A stretch of 64,000 nucleotides of DNA from Candidatus Bathyarchaeota archaeon (GCA_963714275.1 CAVQNT010000006.1:480788-544787), one strand, 5' to 3'. Counted from the first letter of the stretch, positions 12,834 through 23,948 are shown. Translations and numbers: made by a program. Notes: generated by a model from the letters alone, not told the origin.

Positions 12834-14051
12834 TTGGCGAAGGTTCAGAAAAGAAGTCTTGTGTTCCGCTCATTCAGCGCTTTTTTATTACTGTTCTTTC
12901 TATCGGTTTTGGTCGTCGGGTCCTTTGTTCCCCCTATTGTCTACGAGCCAGCGGACGATGATTCAGCGAACAGATTCTTCACGATTGCCACCACCGTGAC
13001 CTATGAGAACAGGAACAGCCGAGGAGATGTCTGGCATTTCGCCGACGAAGACAGGGAGTTAGGCTTGTTCATGAACAACAGTTGGCAGACTGTTTACTTG
13101 CTTAACGTTTCGTTTCCTATAGCAAGGTTCGAGGCTGATCATGACGGTAACCCTACGGCTTACATTGATTTTCCTGAATCAGAAATTGGTCCACGCGAGA
13201 ACTTGACTTACGAGGTTTTTTACAGGATCGTCCTTAAGCCTCGGGTTTTGCCACAGATTATTGTGAATGGTTCAGGTAGTTTAGCGGACATACCTGAAGG
13301 TTTGAAGGCTTTATATTGTTCTTCTTCGGGTTCTTGGCAGTCAGACATATCCCTGATTCGTGATTTGGCTTTCAGGATAGTGGGAAACGACACACAGGTT
13401 CTATCAATACTGTCCGATTATATTTTGTGGATCACGCAGAACATTGAATATGGAAGCCTCGATGTTCCCCGTTTCCCTAATGAGACGTTGTTGGGACGCA
13501 CAGGCGATTGTGACGACCAAGCTAACCTTTTGGTTGGGTTATGCTGCACGGTGGGAATCCCCGCTTATCTGCAGATTGGATGCATCTATTTACCGGGCAG
13601 AACCAGTACAAGCAATTATTGGGACGGTTTGTGGACAAACACGTTAACTGACATTGGTTGGCATGGCTGGGCGGTCGTGTACGTGCCTCCTTGGGGTTGG
13701 CTGCCGGTCGACCTGACTTATTCTAGGGGGAACAATTCAGATCCCCTGAGTCACATCACCTCATCGGCGATCATAACAGATCTGACTGTGCAGTACGCGA
13801 ATGTGACAGTGACTGATTATGTTTCGGACTCACGCCGTGTGAAGAACGTCGTAATTTCCGAGATGCGCAGGATCATTACAAGCGACGTCATGGTTGAGGA
13901 GGTTCAGGAAAACGAAACGTTGGAGTTTTCTGTTGGGGCGCCTTCACGGTTTAACGTCTACTTCGTAGTTTTCGTGTACGCAACGTGCGTGGTTATGCCA
14001 TTTTTTGTGTTTTCCAGGTATGTTCGGGTTCGCAAAAGGGCGAATGCTTAA
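12834..14051 (+). CDS. Membrane-anchored transglutaminase-like domain protein
   Basis: N- and C-terminal TM segments. GDCDDQA...GIPA, HGWAVVY and WLPVD give the Cys-His-Asp triad. Confidence 0.88.
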   Translation: MAKVQKRSLVFRSFSAFLLLFFLSVLVVGSFVPPIVYEPADDDSANRFFTIATTVTYENRNSRGDVWHFADEDRELGLFMNNSWQTVYLLNVSFPIARFEADHDGNPTAYIDFPESEIGPRENLTYEVFYRIVLKPRVLPQIIVNGSGSLADIPEGLKALYCSSSGSWQSDISLIRDLAFRIVGNDTQVLSILSDYILWITQNIEYGSLDVPRFPNETLLGRTGDCDDQANLLVGLCCTVGIPAYLQIGCIYLPGRTSTSNYWDGLWTNTLTDIGWHGWAVVYVPPWGWLPVDLTYSRGNNSDPLSHITSSAIITDLTVQYANVTVTDYVSDSRRVKNVVISEMRRIITSDVMVEEVQENETLEFSVGAPSRFNVYFVVFVYATCVVMPFFVFSRYVRVRKRANA

Positions 14052-14113
14052 TAATGGAGTCTTCGTTCATTACGTTCCGAATCTAATGGCTGTTTCGGAG
14101 CGAGTGTCTCAAG

Positions 14114-14518
14114 ATGGCAAAGTTTAAAGTTATAGTCTCAGACCCTGAGGATGGAAAGTCCAGCGTGGTTGAACTTGAGGAAAGCCGAGCTGCGCCTTTT
14201 GTGGGCAGAAAAATCGGTGAAACAGTTGATGGCACCGTGCTTGGGCTTTCGGGACACACGGTCATCATAACGGGCGGAAGCGACAAGTCTGGGTTTCCGA
14301 TGAGACCTGACGTTCACGGCGGAATCAAGAAAAAAATACTGCTTGGCCGAGGAGTGGGATTTAAGCCTTCACAAAAAAGTATCAGACGCAGAAAGACGAT
14401 ACGTGGAAACATAATTACGGACGACATAGCCCAGATTAACGTGAGGATTGCTGAGAAACCAGCAAAGAAGCCCAAGAAGACTGAGGAAAAGTCTGAGCCA
14501 GCAAAAGAACCAGCATAG
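14114..14518 (+). CDS. rps6e: 30S ribosomal protein S6e
   Basis: FKVIVSDP, KIGETVDG, ITGGSDKSGFPMRPDVHG, RRRKTIRGN. Confidence 0.97.
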   Translation: MAKFKVIVSDPEDGKSSVVELEESRAAPFVGRKIGETVDGTVLGLSGHTVIITGGSDKSGFPMRPDVHGGIKKKILLGRGVGFKPSQKSIRRRKTIRGNIITDDIAQINVRIAEKPAKKPKKTEEKSEPAKEPA

Positions 14519-15051
14519 ACCAAATCTAGCTGCGCGTGCTGTATGAGCATTATTCTCTATATTAAATGTGGAATGTTAGAGACTTTATATTAGCACTAAT
14601 AAATTAAAATAGTCATCGTTTCCAGTCTGGTCTGATTTGTTTTGCTTTTAAGTTTTTGTTTTGTGTGACAAACCAGAGTTTATTAAAAAACAAACCGTTT
14701 AAAAATACATTTGTCCCGTGGTTTCAGAACATTTGCTCATTGATTTGAATTGGTTTCTGGGCTGCACGGATTTTCAAAAAATAATAGTTATAAAGTCTTT
14801 GGTTCTTGTTTTCAAGGTTTTTTTAGATGTATTATTAATATATTTTTTTGCTATTTAATTGACATTCAAACCTTTTTTATAGTCTGCATACTTTCCATGA
14901 AAAGAAGGAGTGATGCCACAGATGAGTGTAAATCAAGTAAGTAGAATACCATCTATTCCTGAAAAAATCAAAGGCACATTTTCCTTCTTTAACAGTAATA
15001 ATAAATGTATGTTTTCTAAAGACCGAATTTACATTTGAAAAACTCTGGAGC

Positions 15052-16017
15052 ATGGAGGAAAAAATGAAAAGAGTTATCGGCAAGATACCTTCGTTGATGC
15101 CACCTATCGAGATAGTTCAGGTTAAGAAGGAAGATCCGCAAGCTAAGGCCTTCGCTGAGCTAGAAGCATTATTTTCTGCGGCAGCAAGCATCGATGCGAT
15201 AAAAATTTTCTATGCTGCAAAAGATGGCATAAAGAGCTCCACTCAAGCCATAATAAAGCTGGACTTAACTCAGAAGAAATATTACACCAATCTCAAAAGA
15301 CTCATCGATACGGGCTTGGTAGAAAGGGATAATGGAGCATATAAGCACACAACACTAGGTAAAATAGGCTTCAAACTTACAGAAGAATTAATGATTGCCA
15401 TTAATCAAAAAGACCGCTTAGATTTGGTTGACAAGTTATCTAAGGCAAAGAACATAACATTCGAAGAAACTGAGGAAATCATGCGCGCAATCCTGAAAGA
15501 TACAAATCTGATATCAGGAGAAAGGATAACGAATCTTTTAGGACCAGTCAGAATGGCAGATACTTGGGATAAAGTCGTCAATGATGTTTTGGATTTAATA
15601 AATAATGCTGAAAAAGAGATCTATTTTGTCACGCAATATTTGGATATGAAAGTTGTTGAATCCCTACTTAAAGCTGCTCAAAGGAATGTTAAAATGAAAT
15701 TCTTGGTTGGTGAAGAAAAAAATATCACTGACGCGGTTCATTTACTTCTAAGATCATTGTTAACTGATCCAAAGTCACTAATGTCTCTTTTCGGATCTGT
15801 AAAATCTCCTGATCTCCGCTATACGGAATTACCTTATACTTTCATAGTGGTTGACGGAAAATATTCAATGGTTGAGGTTCCCAAGCCGCATACCAAATCT
15901 TTTTCACTTGCCTTCTTCTTCCACAACGAAAAGCTCTCAGAAAGGCTCAAGGAATCCTTTAAAGCCCTCTGGGAAAATGCTTCAGAAATATTGATTCTAG
16001 AAAAATTCCCAAAATAG
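15052..16017 (+). CDS. wHTH transcriptional regulator with a PLD-like effector domain (TrmB-like)
   Basis: N-terminal wHTH (KKYYTNLKRLIDTGLVER...YKHTTLG). C-terminal NAEKEIYFVT...FIVVDGKY...FKALWENA. Confidence 0.7.
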   Translation: MEEKMKRVIGKIPSLMPPIEIVQVKKEDPQAKAFAELEALFSAAASIDAIKIFYAAKDGIKSSTQAIIKLDLTQKKYYTNLKRLIDTGLVERDNGAYKHTTLGKIGFKLTEELMIAINQKDRLDLVDKLSKAKNITFEETEEIMRAILKDTNLISGERITNLLGPVRMADTWDKVVNDVLDLINNAEKEIYFVTQYLDMKVVESLLKAAQRNVKMKFLVGEEKNITDAVHLLLRSLLTDPKSLMSLFGSVKSPDLRYTELPYTFIVVDGKYSMVEVPKPHTKSFSLAFFFHNEKLSERLKESFKALWENASEILILEKFPK

Positions 16018-16396
16018 GTTTCTTATCTCTAATTATAATGTAAGGGGTAGAGATATTAGAATAAGAGCTATTTGTGAAGTCACAAATAGGCTAAACATTG
16101 ACTTACATGCTTTCTCATATAGTTTTTCTTCAAAGCTGTTTAGTAGCGGAAAAAGAAACGCGGCGCAATGGTTAAGAGTATTTTTAAGTCTTCTCCAAGG
16201 CCTACATCCTACCATGGTCGATCCTATTCTTCCTCTATTGACCTCCACTATTTCATGCATCAATACGGATTTTTCTCAGGACTAAAAAGTTGGTTGAGCA
16301 TCTTCTGAGCCAACATATTCTTACCAGACTAGTAGAAAGCATTCCCGAAATGAGCTATTATATTTTTTTCTCATACCTTAGAATCCGATAAATGAA

Positions 16397-18737
16397 TCAT
16401 AAAACCCATATTCTAATTCCCAAATTACTGTTAAGCTTTCCCATTTGAGGCGGCAAAACCTCGTCCGCTTTTTTTGTTCTACAAGATATTTTTACCATGA
16501 AGGTGGTTCCCTCCCCAACAACACTTTCAACAGTTATGCTGCCATTTAAAGCCTCCACCAACCGCTTACACACAGCCAACCCAAGCCCTTGGCCCTTAGC
16601 CTTCGTGGTGAACAAAGGCTGGAACATCTTATTTAAGTTCTCCTCAGGAATTCCCACACCCGTATCTTTAAACCTGAAAAACACCTCCTCAGATGTTCCA
16701 GAAACCTTTATCGACAAACGACCACCATCAGGCATAGCCTGCACGGCGTTCAGAATCAAATTCGTGAAGACCCGCTTCAACAAATAAGAATCAGCCAAAA
16801 ATACGGTAGCGTTTTCCTCAACATCAATAGAAACTTTGATTGTCTCAGGAACCTTTATCGCTAACAAGGTTTCATTAAGCAACCTCTTCGATTCAACCTC
16901 AACAAACTCAGGCTTCACCGGCCTAGCATAATCCTGCAAGTCTGAAACAATCTTATTCATGTATTCAACCTGCTCCTCAATAACATCAAGCGATTCCTCA
17001 AGTTCCCCCTTCGATAAAGACCCCAGCTGCATCCTAGCAAGGTAAAGAACATTTACAATAGCCTGCAACGGATTACGAAGATCATGACCCACCATAGCAG
17101 CTGCCTCCCCAATAGCAGCAAGCCTCTGAGACTTCAAGAGGTTTTCTTGTACCTCTTTCAGTTCTCTAGTTTTCTCATCAATCAACTCTTCCAAGTAATC
17201 TGAGTATAACTCATAAATCTGGGTTTTAGGCACCTTTGTCGCTAATGTTCCTAGCAATCTCGGGTAAACCCCGAGAGAAATAGCAACATCTTTATTCAGT
17301 AATAGGACTAACCTCAGTTTATTCAGTATCTCATCAATTTCGTTCTTTGAATCTGTCTGTAGCCAGTCATAAACGGAACTTAAGAAATTGTTGATTGTCT
17401 CGATGACTAACTGCATTCGTTGGTCTGAATATATCCTTTGAATCTGCTCTTTGAATTCCTTGAGCGACACCTCACCATATCCAGTAATTTTTATCGCATT
17501 AATTAAACTAGTTCTGCCAGGAATTTCCATGTTTTGAATCATGCCTGCAATTGGCAACAATATTCTTTTATAGATTCTCAGGCAAGCATCAATTTCGTCC
17601 AAATCATCCAAACTTTCGTCGCGATCAATACTTTCAAGAAATCTCCCTTGAGAGACACCGTATACAAGGTCAGTTTTTTTCAAGATATCCAGGTTATATT
17701 GTATTAAATCGTACGACTTCCACCTAAGCCTATAATCCGCTGCATTGAGAACTCGTAAATAATAGTCAGTTACCTCGTCAGGGGTTTGATATTTCTCGAA
17801 ATACGCCAAATTTTTATTAATCAAATTAATTATATCAAACTTCTCAGGCTCTGTAAACGTAACACCTCCTTTATTAAAGGAAACATAGCCATCAATCTTT
17901 GAGTTTATTAAGAAATCCTTGAACTCGTGGAATTCTTCACCAAGATAGCCTACTGGCAGTATATTGATAATAGACTTTTAAAAATGACGAATAGATTTCA
18001 GAGAAATCCACTAGTTTCTCAACTGATGTGGAAGGCATCTTTTCTTTTAAAGACAGTGCGTACCAAATTGTCAAAAATGCTAGGAACTGCATTATTCCTC
18101 CCATTTGGAAAATCGGATCTAGGGAGCCTGTTGCTTGTAACGCGTTTACTACGGTCGTTCCAAGAATCTGGAAAGATATAAAACTTCCAAGAAGAATAGT
18201 GTACTTTCTTCTGAGTAATTGAGCCCGTGTATTTCTGATTAGAATAAGTAAAGCTAAAACGACCCCGAACAGATATGACACAAAGATGACGCCGACAAAA
18301 ATCAAAATGGGTTGAAAGCTATTAACTTTATATACCCAACCAAGTTCGTTCTGAAAGAATTCATAACTCATTATATAACTGTCTTGAAATATTAAGATGC
18401 TTTGCACTATCGCAGGTAGTAAAATAATCAGAAGAAATCTGAAATCTCTTCTCTCACGAATATTAAAAACAGTGAAGAGGAAAATGGGATAGCACAGATG
18501 GCTACTTAATATCATTATTCTAAAGAACGTCATGGCTGCCGATACATCAGGTGCTGTCCTATAAAGAAAGGTGGTGCATTCCCAAACTGTGACTATCAAA
18601 CCGAATATCAACAAACACTTCGAAGCTAGAGTCCTAGGTCCCTTAACCAAAACGTATATCGAAACAAGAAGTGAGAGAGCTCCACCTATCAAATATTGGA
18701 TTTCATTCATACTTAGTAACTCTTCCAATGTTTTCAT
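16397..18737 (-). CDS. Sensor histidine kinase with an N-terminal HisKA_7TM membrane domain, frameshift near 17940
   Basis: ORF 17937..18737 has about 7 TM helices of HisKA_7TM style. ORF 16397..17824 has H-box VGHDLRNPL, N-box NLILNAVQAM, G1 DTGVGI, F-box FQPLFTTK and G2 GQGLGL. Confidence 0.88.
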
Positions 18738-18873
18738 GTAGTCAAGGCTTTATTGAAATTATGAACCCTTAGTAAATATCATAAAACTGTAAGCTAAAAC
18801 TTAATAGCCTATGATACTGTTAAATATCATCTAGCTAAGTGTAGATATTGCGTTAGCTAGTATCAGTGAATTC

Positions 18874-20508
18874 TTGATGAAGAACGTAAATCTCTGGGAT
18901 AAATACTGCCGATTTTATGAGAAGGACTTTACAGAACAATTAGAGTTTAACAGGAATCGACTGAAATCATACTTCTCAGCTTGGAAGAAGACCGACCTTG
19001 TAAAAGAACTTTGCCAAACTATCCCAGAACGGCACAAAGATGTTCCCATTACAACATATTCAAGCTACCCTATGTTAAGCGAATTCGGCAGAAAAATAAC
19101 ACAAACATCAGAAACAAGCCCCAGAAAACAAGGCGAATTATTCAAAACATATTATGATCACGTCAGTCGCGAAATTGGTTCTTCACTTAACCATTTCATG
19201 GTTGAGCCTTACTATATGTGCGCAAAAACCACAGGCACCACAGGTCAATATAAATGGATCGTTTATGGCGAAACTTTCTGGAAAAACTTTCAACAAGCGT
19301 CCATCGCAACTGCAGTAATTGCCTGTAGCGAAAGCTGGGGAGAAACCAGCCTCAATCATGGAGACAAATCTCTAAATCTAAATGCTGCCGTACCATTGAT
19401 CTCAGGCTGGGGAGCTTGGGCGACCAAAGATATATTGAGTTTAGTCCCTCCCATCGAAATAGCGGATAATCTTCGAGACATGAAGGAAAAATTTAGTCTC
19501 ATACTCAAGCTAATACAGAAAGGCGAAAAAATATTAGTAGCAGGCGGGATTGGCTCAATCTTCTTTATGATATGCAAATATTTCCAGAAGCCCGAAGATT
19601 TCTACAGGGAGTACTACAAATCAATGAACATGGACCTGAAAAAACTTCTCCTATATCTAAAAATCCTATCAATCAAACTAGGTCAAAAAAAGAAAATAAG
19701 AATAACCGAGGTCATGCCACTCAAAGGAGTCCTTGTCGCAGGAGTAGAAGGACGACTTTATCTAGACTTTTTCAGAGAAGAGTTTAACCTAAGCCCACTT
19801 CACATTTATGGATCAACAGAAGCCGGACCACTAATGAGAGGAGACCCAGATAGAAAAGAAGACCTAGTTCCCGAACTTAAAACCAGCTACTTGGAATTCC
19901 TAACAGAGGATGGAGAAATCAGAGAACTAGACGAAGTCAAAAAGGGAGAAGTATACGAACTGGTTGTAACCCCCTTTGGCTCGTTAATTTACCGCTACAA
20001 CATGGAAGACCTTTTAAGAGTCATAGATTTCAGGGATGACGGTATGCCAATATTTACTTTTGAAAGCAGAAAGAAAACCATACTAGAGCTGTATAGCCGT
20101 TACAGAATAACTCCAAACATCATTGTACAAGCCCTTTCCAAGGCAGGCTTAAGAGCATCTGACAAATGGGCAGTTGCTAAGCCCTTAAAGCCTAAAGAAC
20201 ATCTTCATTTTCTAATGGAAAAGGAATGGCCGTACTCTGAAGTTGAAGCAGAGAAAATCATCTTTAATTACCTTCAAGAAACATATCGCACAATTCCGCA
20301 TGGCGGAGATGTCCTCACTGACTATATAGCCCATTATAAAATTAAGAATCCTTCAGAAGTAGTTAAAGTGGAATATTTAAAACCCGGCGCTTTTACTAGA
20401 TACTCAATGAAGAAAGCAAAAGAAGGGGCTCCAATGGGTCAATATAAACCGCCACAAATCATTACAGCTGACAAGATGGATGTTTTCGATACCTTAAGGA
20501 AAATATAG
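18874..20508 (+). CDS. GH3-family acyl acid-amido synthetase (ANL adenylate-forming superfamily)
   Basis: GH3 motifs: VPITTY, KTTGTTGQYKWI (P-loop), IYGSTEAG, YELVVT...IYRYNMEDLLRV, C-terminal GQYKPP. Confidence 0.85.
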   Translation: MMKNVNLWDKYCRFYEKDFTEQLEFNRNRLKSYFSAWKKTDLVKELCQTIPERHKDVPITTYSSYPMLSEFGRKITQTSETSPRKQGELFKTYYDHVSREIGSSLNHFMVEPYYMCAKTTGTTGQYKWIVYGETFWKNFQQASIATAVIACSESWGETSLNHGDKSLNLNAAVPLISGWGAWATKDILSLVPPIEIADNLRDMKEKFSLILKLIQKGEKILVAGGIGSIFFMICKYFQKPEDFYREYYKSMNMDLKKLLLYLKILSIKLGQKKKIRITEVMPLKGVLVAGVEGRLYLDFFREEFNLSPLHIYGSTEAGPLMRGDPDRKEDLVPELKTSYLEFLTEDGEIRELDEVKKGEVYELVVTPFGSLIYRYNMEDLLRVIDFRDDGMPIFTFESRKKTILELYSRYRITPNIIVQALSKAGLRASDKWAVAKPLKPKEHLHFLMEKEWPYSEVEAEKIIFNYLQETYRTIPHGGDVLTDYIAHYKIKNPSEVVKVEYLKPGAFTRYSMKKAKEGAPMGQYKPPQIITADKMDVFDTLRKI

Positions 20509-20517
20509 CCCGTGTCT

Positions 20518-20904
20518 CTAAAATTGGGACCACGAAAGACTGAGTATCTTGCCCGCTATTTCAAAAGACACCTTGTTGGCAGCAATACCTAGGCAGATTA
20601 AGACAGCAAAACCGTACAATGGAACGTAGATCAAATTTAGGCTCGAAGACCACATAATAAAGGCGAATGACTCAAGTAGAACCCTGAATAAATAGACCCC
20701 AGACAATATTAAATACAGAACGTAGTTGTCCCTCGCCACTATAAGGATAGGCAATACTAAAAATATGGCAACCGAGACTAAATTCAATGCCCAGAAGCCG
20801 AGAGGGTCTGGAAAAACAGGCTCATTAACGCCTAATATACCCAAAACAGCAACAATGTTAGCGAAAGCAAGCAACACCAAATACGTTTTCATCTGTCGCC
20901 CCAA
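20518..20904 (-). CDS. Small 4-TM membrane protein
   Basis: Four hydrophobic segments. Co-oriented and tightly packed with the receiver and DUF3227-like genes. Confidence 0.65.
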   Translation of the reverse strand: MGRQMKTYLVLLAFANIVAVLGILGVNEPVFPDPLGFWALNLVSVAIFLVLPILIVARDNYVLYLILSGVYLFRVLLESFAFIMWSSSLNLIYVPLYGFAVLICLGIAANKVSFEIAGKILSLSWSQF

Positions 20905-20910
20905 TTGACA

Positions 20911-21219
20911 CTAGATTCCAACCTCCTTTCTTAAAAGCCGCAGGTAGTCTGCGAATGCGTAATCCTTTCTCCACTTCAGTTCCGCATTTAACCTGGAAAA
21001 TAGATTTTCAAGAATCAAGTCCTCAACAATTGTCGCTCCATTTCCTAGAATTTTGTGTAGAGAATCGGAAAAACACTGGACCCGAGTATCTAATTTCCCT
21101 TTATCATTTTCACCTATAAACTGAAGAAGAGTCAAAGCTGTACGATTATCAAAAACATTTTCCAATACTTCCCTTATTGTCTTTACTAGAATATCATCGA
21201 AATTGATTGTTTTTTGCAT
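20911..21219 (-). CDS. DUF3227 / NitrOD-like archaeal signalling output protein
   Basis: FDDILVKTIREVLENVF...FSDSLHKILGNGATIVEDLILENLFSRL...FADYL pattern, typical of small TACK proteins found next to two-component genes. Confidence 0.6.
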   Translation of the reverse strand: MQKTINFDDILVKTIREVLENVFDNRTALTLLQFIGENDKGKLDTRVQCFSDSLHKILGNGATIVEDLILENLFSRLNAELKWRKDYAFADYLRLLRKEVGI

Positions 21220-21710
21220 TATGCTTCGCCGGTCTTCAGCTTCATCACACGGTTTTCTATCCAATTCCTTACTTTCTCTTCACTCATCTTCTCTACTTCT
21301 TCTTGTTCACCTAGTTTTTCTTTTACCTCCTTCAACAACATTTTCGGGTTAACGGGTTTCATTAGGTACGCGTCTGCGCCCAAGTTCAGAGATTGCACAG
21401 CATTATCGAGCTCTGGGTAACCCGTCACCATAATCTTCATCATTTTAGGCTCAGTCTGATGAATCTTTGAAAGCAGTTTCGTCCCATCCATGTCTGGAAG
21501 CTTAATATCCAGCAGAACAAGATTGTAGAAGTTAGCCTGAAATTTCTTTATGGCTTCTTGACCAGTCCCCGCTGTGTCAACACGATAACCCTCCATATTC
21601 AGTACACCCTCAAGACTCTTGAGGATAACTTGATCATCATCAACAATAAGAATGCTTTTTCCTTTCATTTTACAGCTCACGTCTTGTAGGCTTTTAATCA
21701 AGACATGCAA
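21219..21710 (-). CDS. Response regulator receiver protein
   Basis: ILIVDDD, LVLLDIKLPDMDG, IMVTGY, GADAYLMKP. Confidence 0.95.
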   Translation of the reverse strand: MHVLIKSLQDVSCKMKGKSILIVDDDQVILKSLEGVLNMEGYRVDTAGTGQEAIKKFQANFYNLVLLDIKLPDMDGTKLLSKIHQTEPKMMKIMVTGYPELDNAVQSLNLGADAYLMKPVNPKMLLKEVKEKLGEQEEVEKMSEEKVRNWIENRVMKLKTGEA

Positions 21711-21759
21711 ATCTATTTTATATATGAATTATGAATCTAGGATACAGTTTTTAAAAGAC

Positions 21760-22254
21760 AAAAAAAGCTGCTAGATCTGACCATAGAAGAACCTTTTGTA
21801 ACTCCAACAATAACGGATTTCGTAGGAATCAGTATACCAGCTTTCTCATTACCAAAAAAACTTAATATAATTTAGAATCTTATTTGCTCTAGAATTCTTT
21901 TTCTTAGATGGAGATGCAAATGTTATTTTCATTTAGGTGTTGCTCTTCATTACATTCAAGACAGATGAATGTTGCGTCCAAGATTAAAAGAAAAACATAC
22001 TGATTGAGAAGTGGTAATAGAGTCAACATGCCAATTCATGGATGATTCAATATTGGATGAAAAAAATAAAGGATATTCCCCTTCCCATAAAAGCAGAAAC
22101 TGCTTATTTATCTTTATTAAACAAAATTAGGACAGTAACTTTTCATGGAACAATCGGAAAGGTTCTTGCTATACCTCTCTCAGACCATCCATCTATTTGG
22201 AGTGCTCCAATCCTTGATTTTTACTTCACTAGACATCATCGAATTGCTGTTTAG
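21760..22254 (+). pseudogene. Decayed zinc-dependent phospholipase C-like gene
   Basis: Own translation of 21924-21962 gives YFHLGVALHYIQD, a Zn-PLC-type motif, surrounded by stops and frameshifts. Confidence 0.35.
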
Positions 22255-22260
22255 ACATAA

Positions 22261-22599
22261 CTAGATAACCAGTCCTGAGTATAGTCCTAGGATTACGAGT
22301 ATGTTGTTTATTGTACCTATGTATGATGCAATTGCAAGCCCATTGATACCAAGTGTCCAAGGCTTTTTTCTCGGTAATGTCAATGTGAGTATAGTTATAG
22401 CTGTCCAGAAGATTAATAATGCAAAAACTGGGCTGTATTGCATTTGAGTTTCGTAAAGACCCGTATAAAAGTTCAGACCTATTGTCGTAGTTGTATAGTC
22501 AGATATGATGCCTCCTAGTGCCAGAAAGAAGGGCAGCATCCAAGATTTCAGTATCACGCTTGTTTTCACCAAAAGTCGTTTATAAATATGTATTTTCAA
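22261..22599 (-). CDS. Small membrane protein (DUF5658-like)
   Basis: DYTTTTIGL...LYE motif with three hydrophobic helices. Confidence 0.55.
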   Translation of the reverse strand: MKIHIYKRLLVKTSVILKSWMLPFFLALGGIISDYTTTTIGLNFYTGLYETQMQYSPVFALLIFWTAITILTLTLPRKKPWTLGINGLAIASYIGTINNILVILGLYSGLVI

Positions 22600-23260
22600 T
22601 ATATATTTGTGAAATATAAAATTAACTAACTTAAAAAAGGTGCGAAAGCATCTTAAGAAGGGAAAATCTATAACTCACATTAGCTACTTTTTTCTAAAAT
22701 TTTACAATATTGCTCTCTTTATTATTCTTGAAGTCTTTTTGTAAAATTTTTTTATACCTCTTCTTCTACCTTTTATGCTCCCCCTTTACTCTCTCACACG
22801 TGTGTATAAAAAATGTAAATATATTTTTTTAGGATACTATCTGAAGAGAAATATTTTGGAAGAAATAGAATTAATGAAGAACCAAATTCAGAGAACGAAC
22901 TAAAAAATAAATTTAAGAGAAAATGAAATTGACGTCAAAAAGGCTTTAGACAATTACATGATTAAGCAAGACGAGATTTAGGATGAAATTGAAGAATCAA
23001 ATAGACAAGACTGAAAATATAGGCGAAAAGTTTTTTAAAGAAGACTTGAAAGGATTCGGTGAAATCGAGTCCGGTGTTGTTTATAAAGTAAGAACAGATT
23101 TACCAAAAATAATAACACAAGAACTTTTCATTGTGTTCAAAGGATTTATGGAGTGTAAGGAAAGAATTAGGTGGTAATTGCACCTAAAACGAAAAGAGCA
23201 ATAAAAAGATTGATCGTTTCCATTTTAATCCATCTTAATCATATAAAGTAACTGGCTAAT

Positions 23261-23530
23261 TTAATCAATTCCGAATTCTTGTAGACTATAGAACTGCTGA
23301 AGGTATTCTATGCCTTTTTCAGTGGTTTTAATTAAACCGCCGTTGCCTTCAGAGTTTGCGATTAATCCTGCTTTTTTGAGTTTTTCAAGGTACTCGTCCA
23401 GCATTTTGAAGTTCATGTTCACTCCATATACTATTCTGGTTTTTTTGGCGCCTTTTCTCGCAATCTTCAGAATCTCAGCAACAATTTCTAGGTTACTTCT
23501 TCTTTGAGACATAGACATTTTCGTTAACAT
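23261..23530 (-). CDS. Archaeal winged-helix regulator (HTH_45 type)
   Basis: RRSNLEIVAEILKIARKGAKKTRIVYGVNMNFKMLDEYLEKLKKAGLI...TTEKGIEYL. Confidence 0.88.
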   Translation of the reverse strand: MLTKMSMSQRRSNLEIVAEILKIARKGAKKTRIVYGVNMNFKMLDEYLEKLKKAGLIANSEGNGGLIKTTEKGIEYLQQFYSLQEFGID

Positions 23531-23630
23531 CGTTTTTTACCTCGCTTTTGAATTATGGTTCAATGTTTCTGACTAACACAAGGTTGGACTTCCTAAACTG
23601 AACCTAATGTAAATTCAGTCACTTGCGCAG

Positions 23631-23948
23631 TCATCGCATTAAATGGCTAGAAGACTCCTTTGCCTTTTCAAGGATGTCTTCAGACGGGTTTTTCAAGGGA
23701 GTAATAGGCTCTAGAGGAGTCTCTATCATAGTGTTTTGTATTGCTAAGGCTTGCCTCGACTCTTTAAGTCCTTCCTTTGCCCTTTCAAAAATATCTTCAG
23801 ACGGTTTTATCAAGAGAGTAATAGGTTCTTGAGGAGTTTCTATCATAATGTTTTGTGTTGCCAAGGCTTGCTTAGATTCTTTAAGTCCTTTCAGATAGAG
23901 TCTTGCTCCAAGTTCTATTTCATCAATTTCTTCTCTTTTGTTGAACAT
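23631..23948 (-). CDS. Small protein with two tandem 39-aa repeats
   Basis: KGLKESKQALATQNIMIETPQEPITLLIKPSEDIFERAK / EGLKESRQALAIQNTMIETPLEPITPLKNPSEDILEKAK. GAGGT-type RBS upstream. Confidence 0.65.
   Translation of the reverse strand: MFNKREEIDEIELGARLYLKGLKESKQALATQNIMIETPQEPITLLIKPSEDIFERAKEGLKESRQALAIQNTMIETPLEPITPLKNPSEDILEKAKESSSHLMR
23656..23889. repeat. Two imperfect tandem 117-bp repeats
   Basis: Units 23656-23772 and 23773-23889 aligned by eye. Confidence 0.9.

Noticed and set aside
23656-23889. Possible CRISPR array or non-coding repeat
   Set aside because: Two adjacent 117-bp in-frame coding repeats with no spacers. No cas genes or repeat-spacer pattern seen anywhere in the window.
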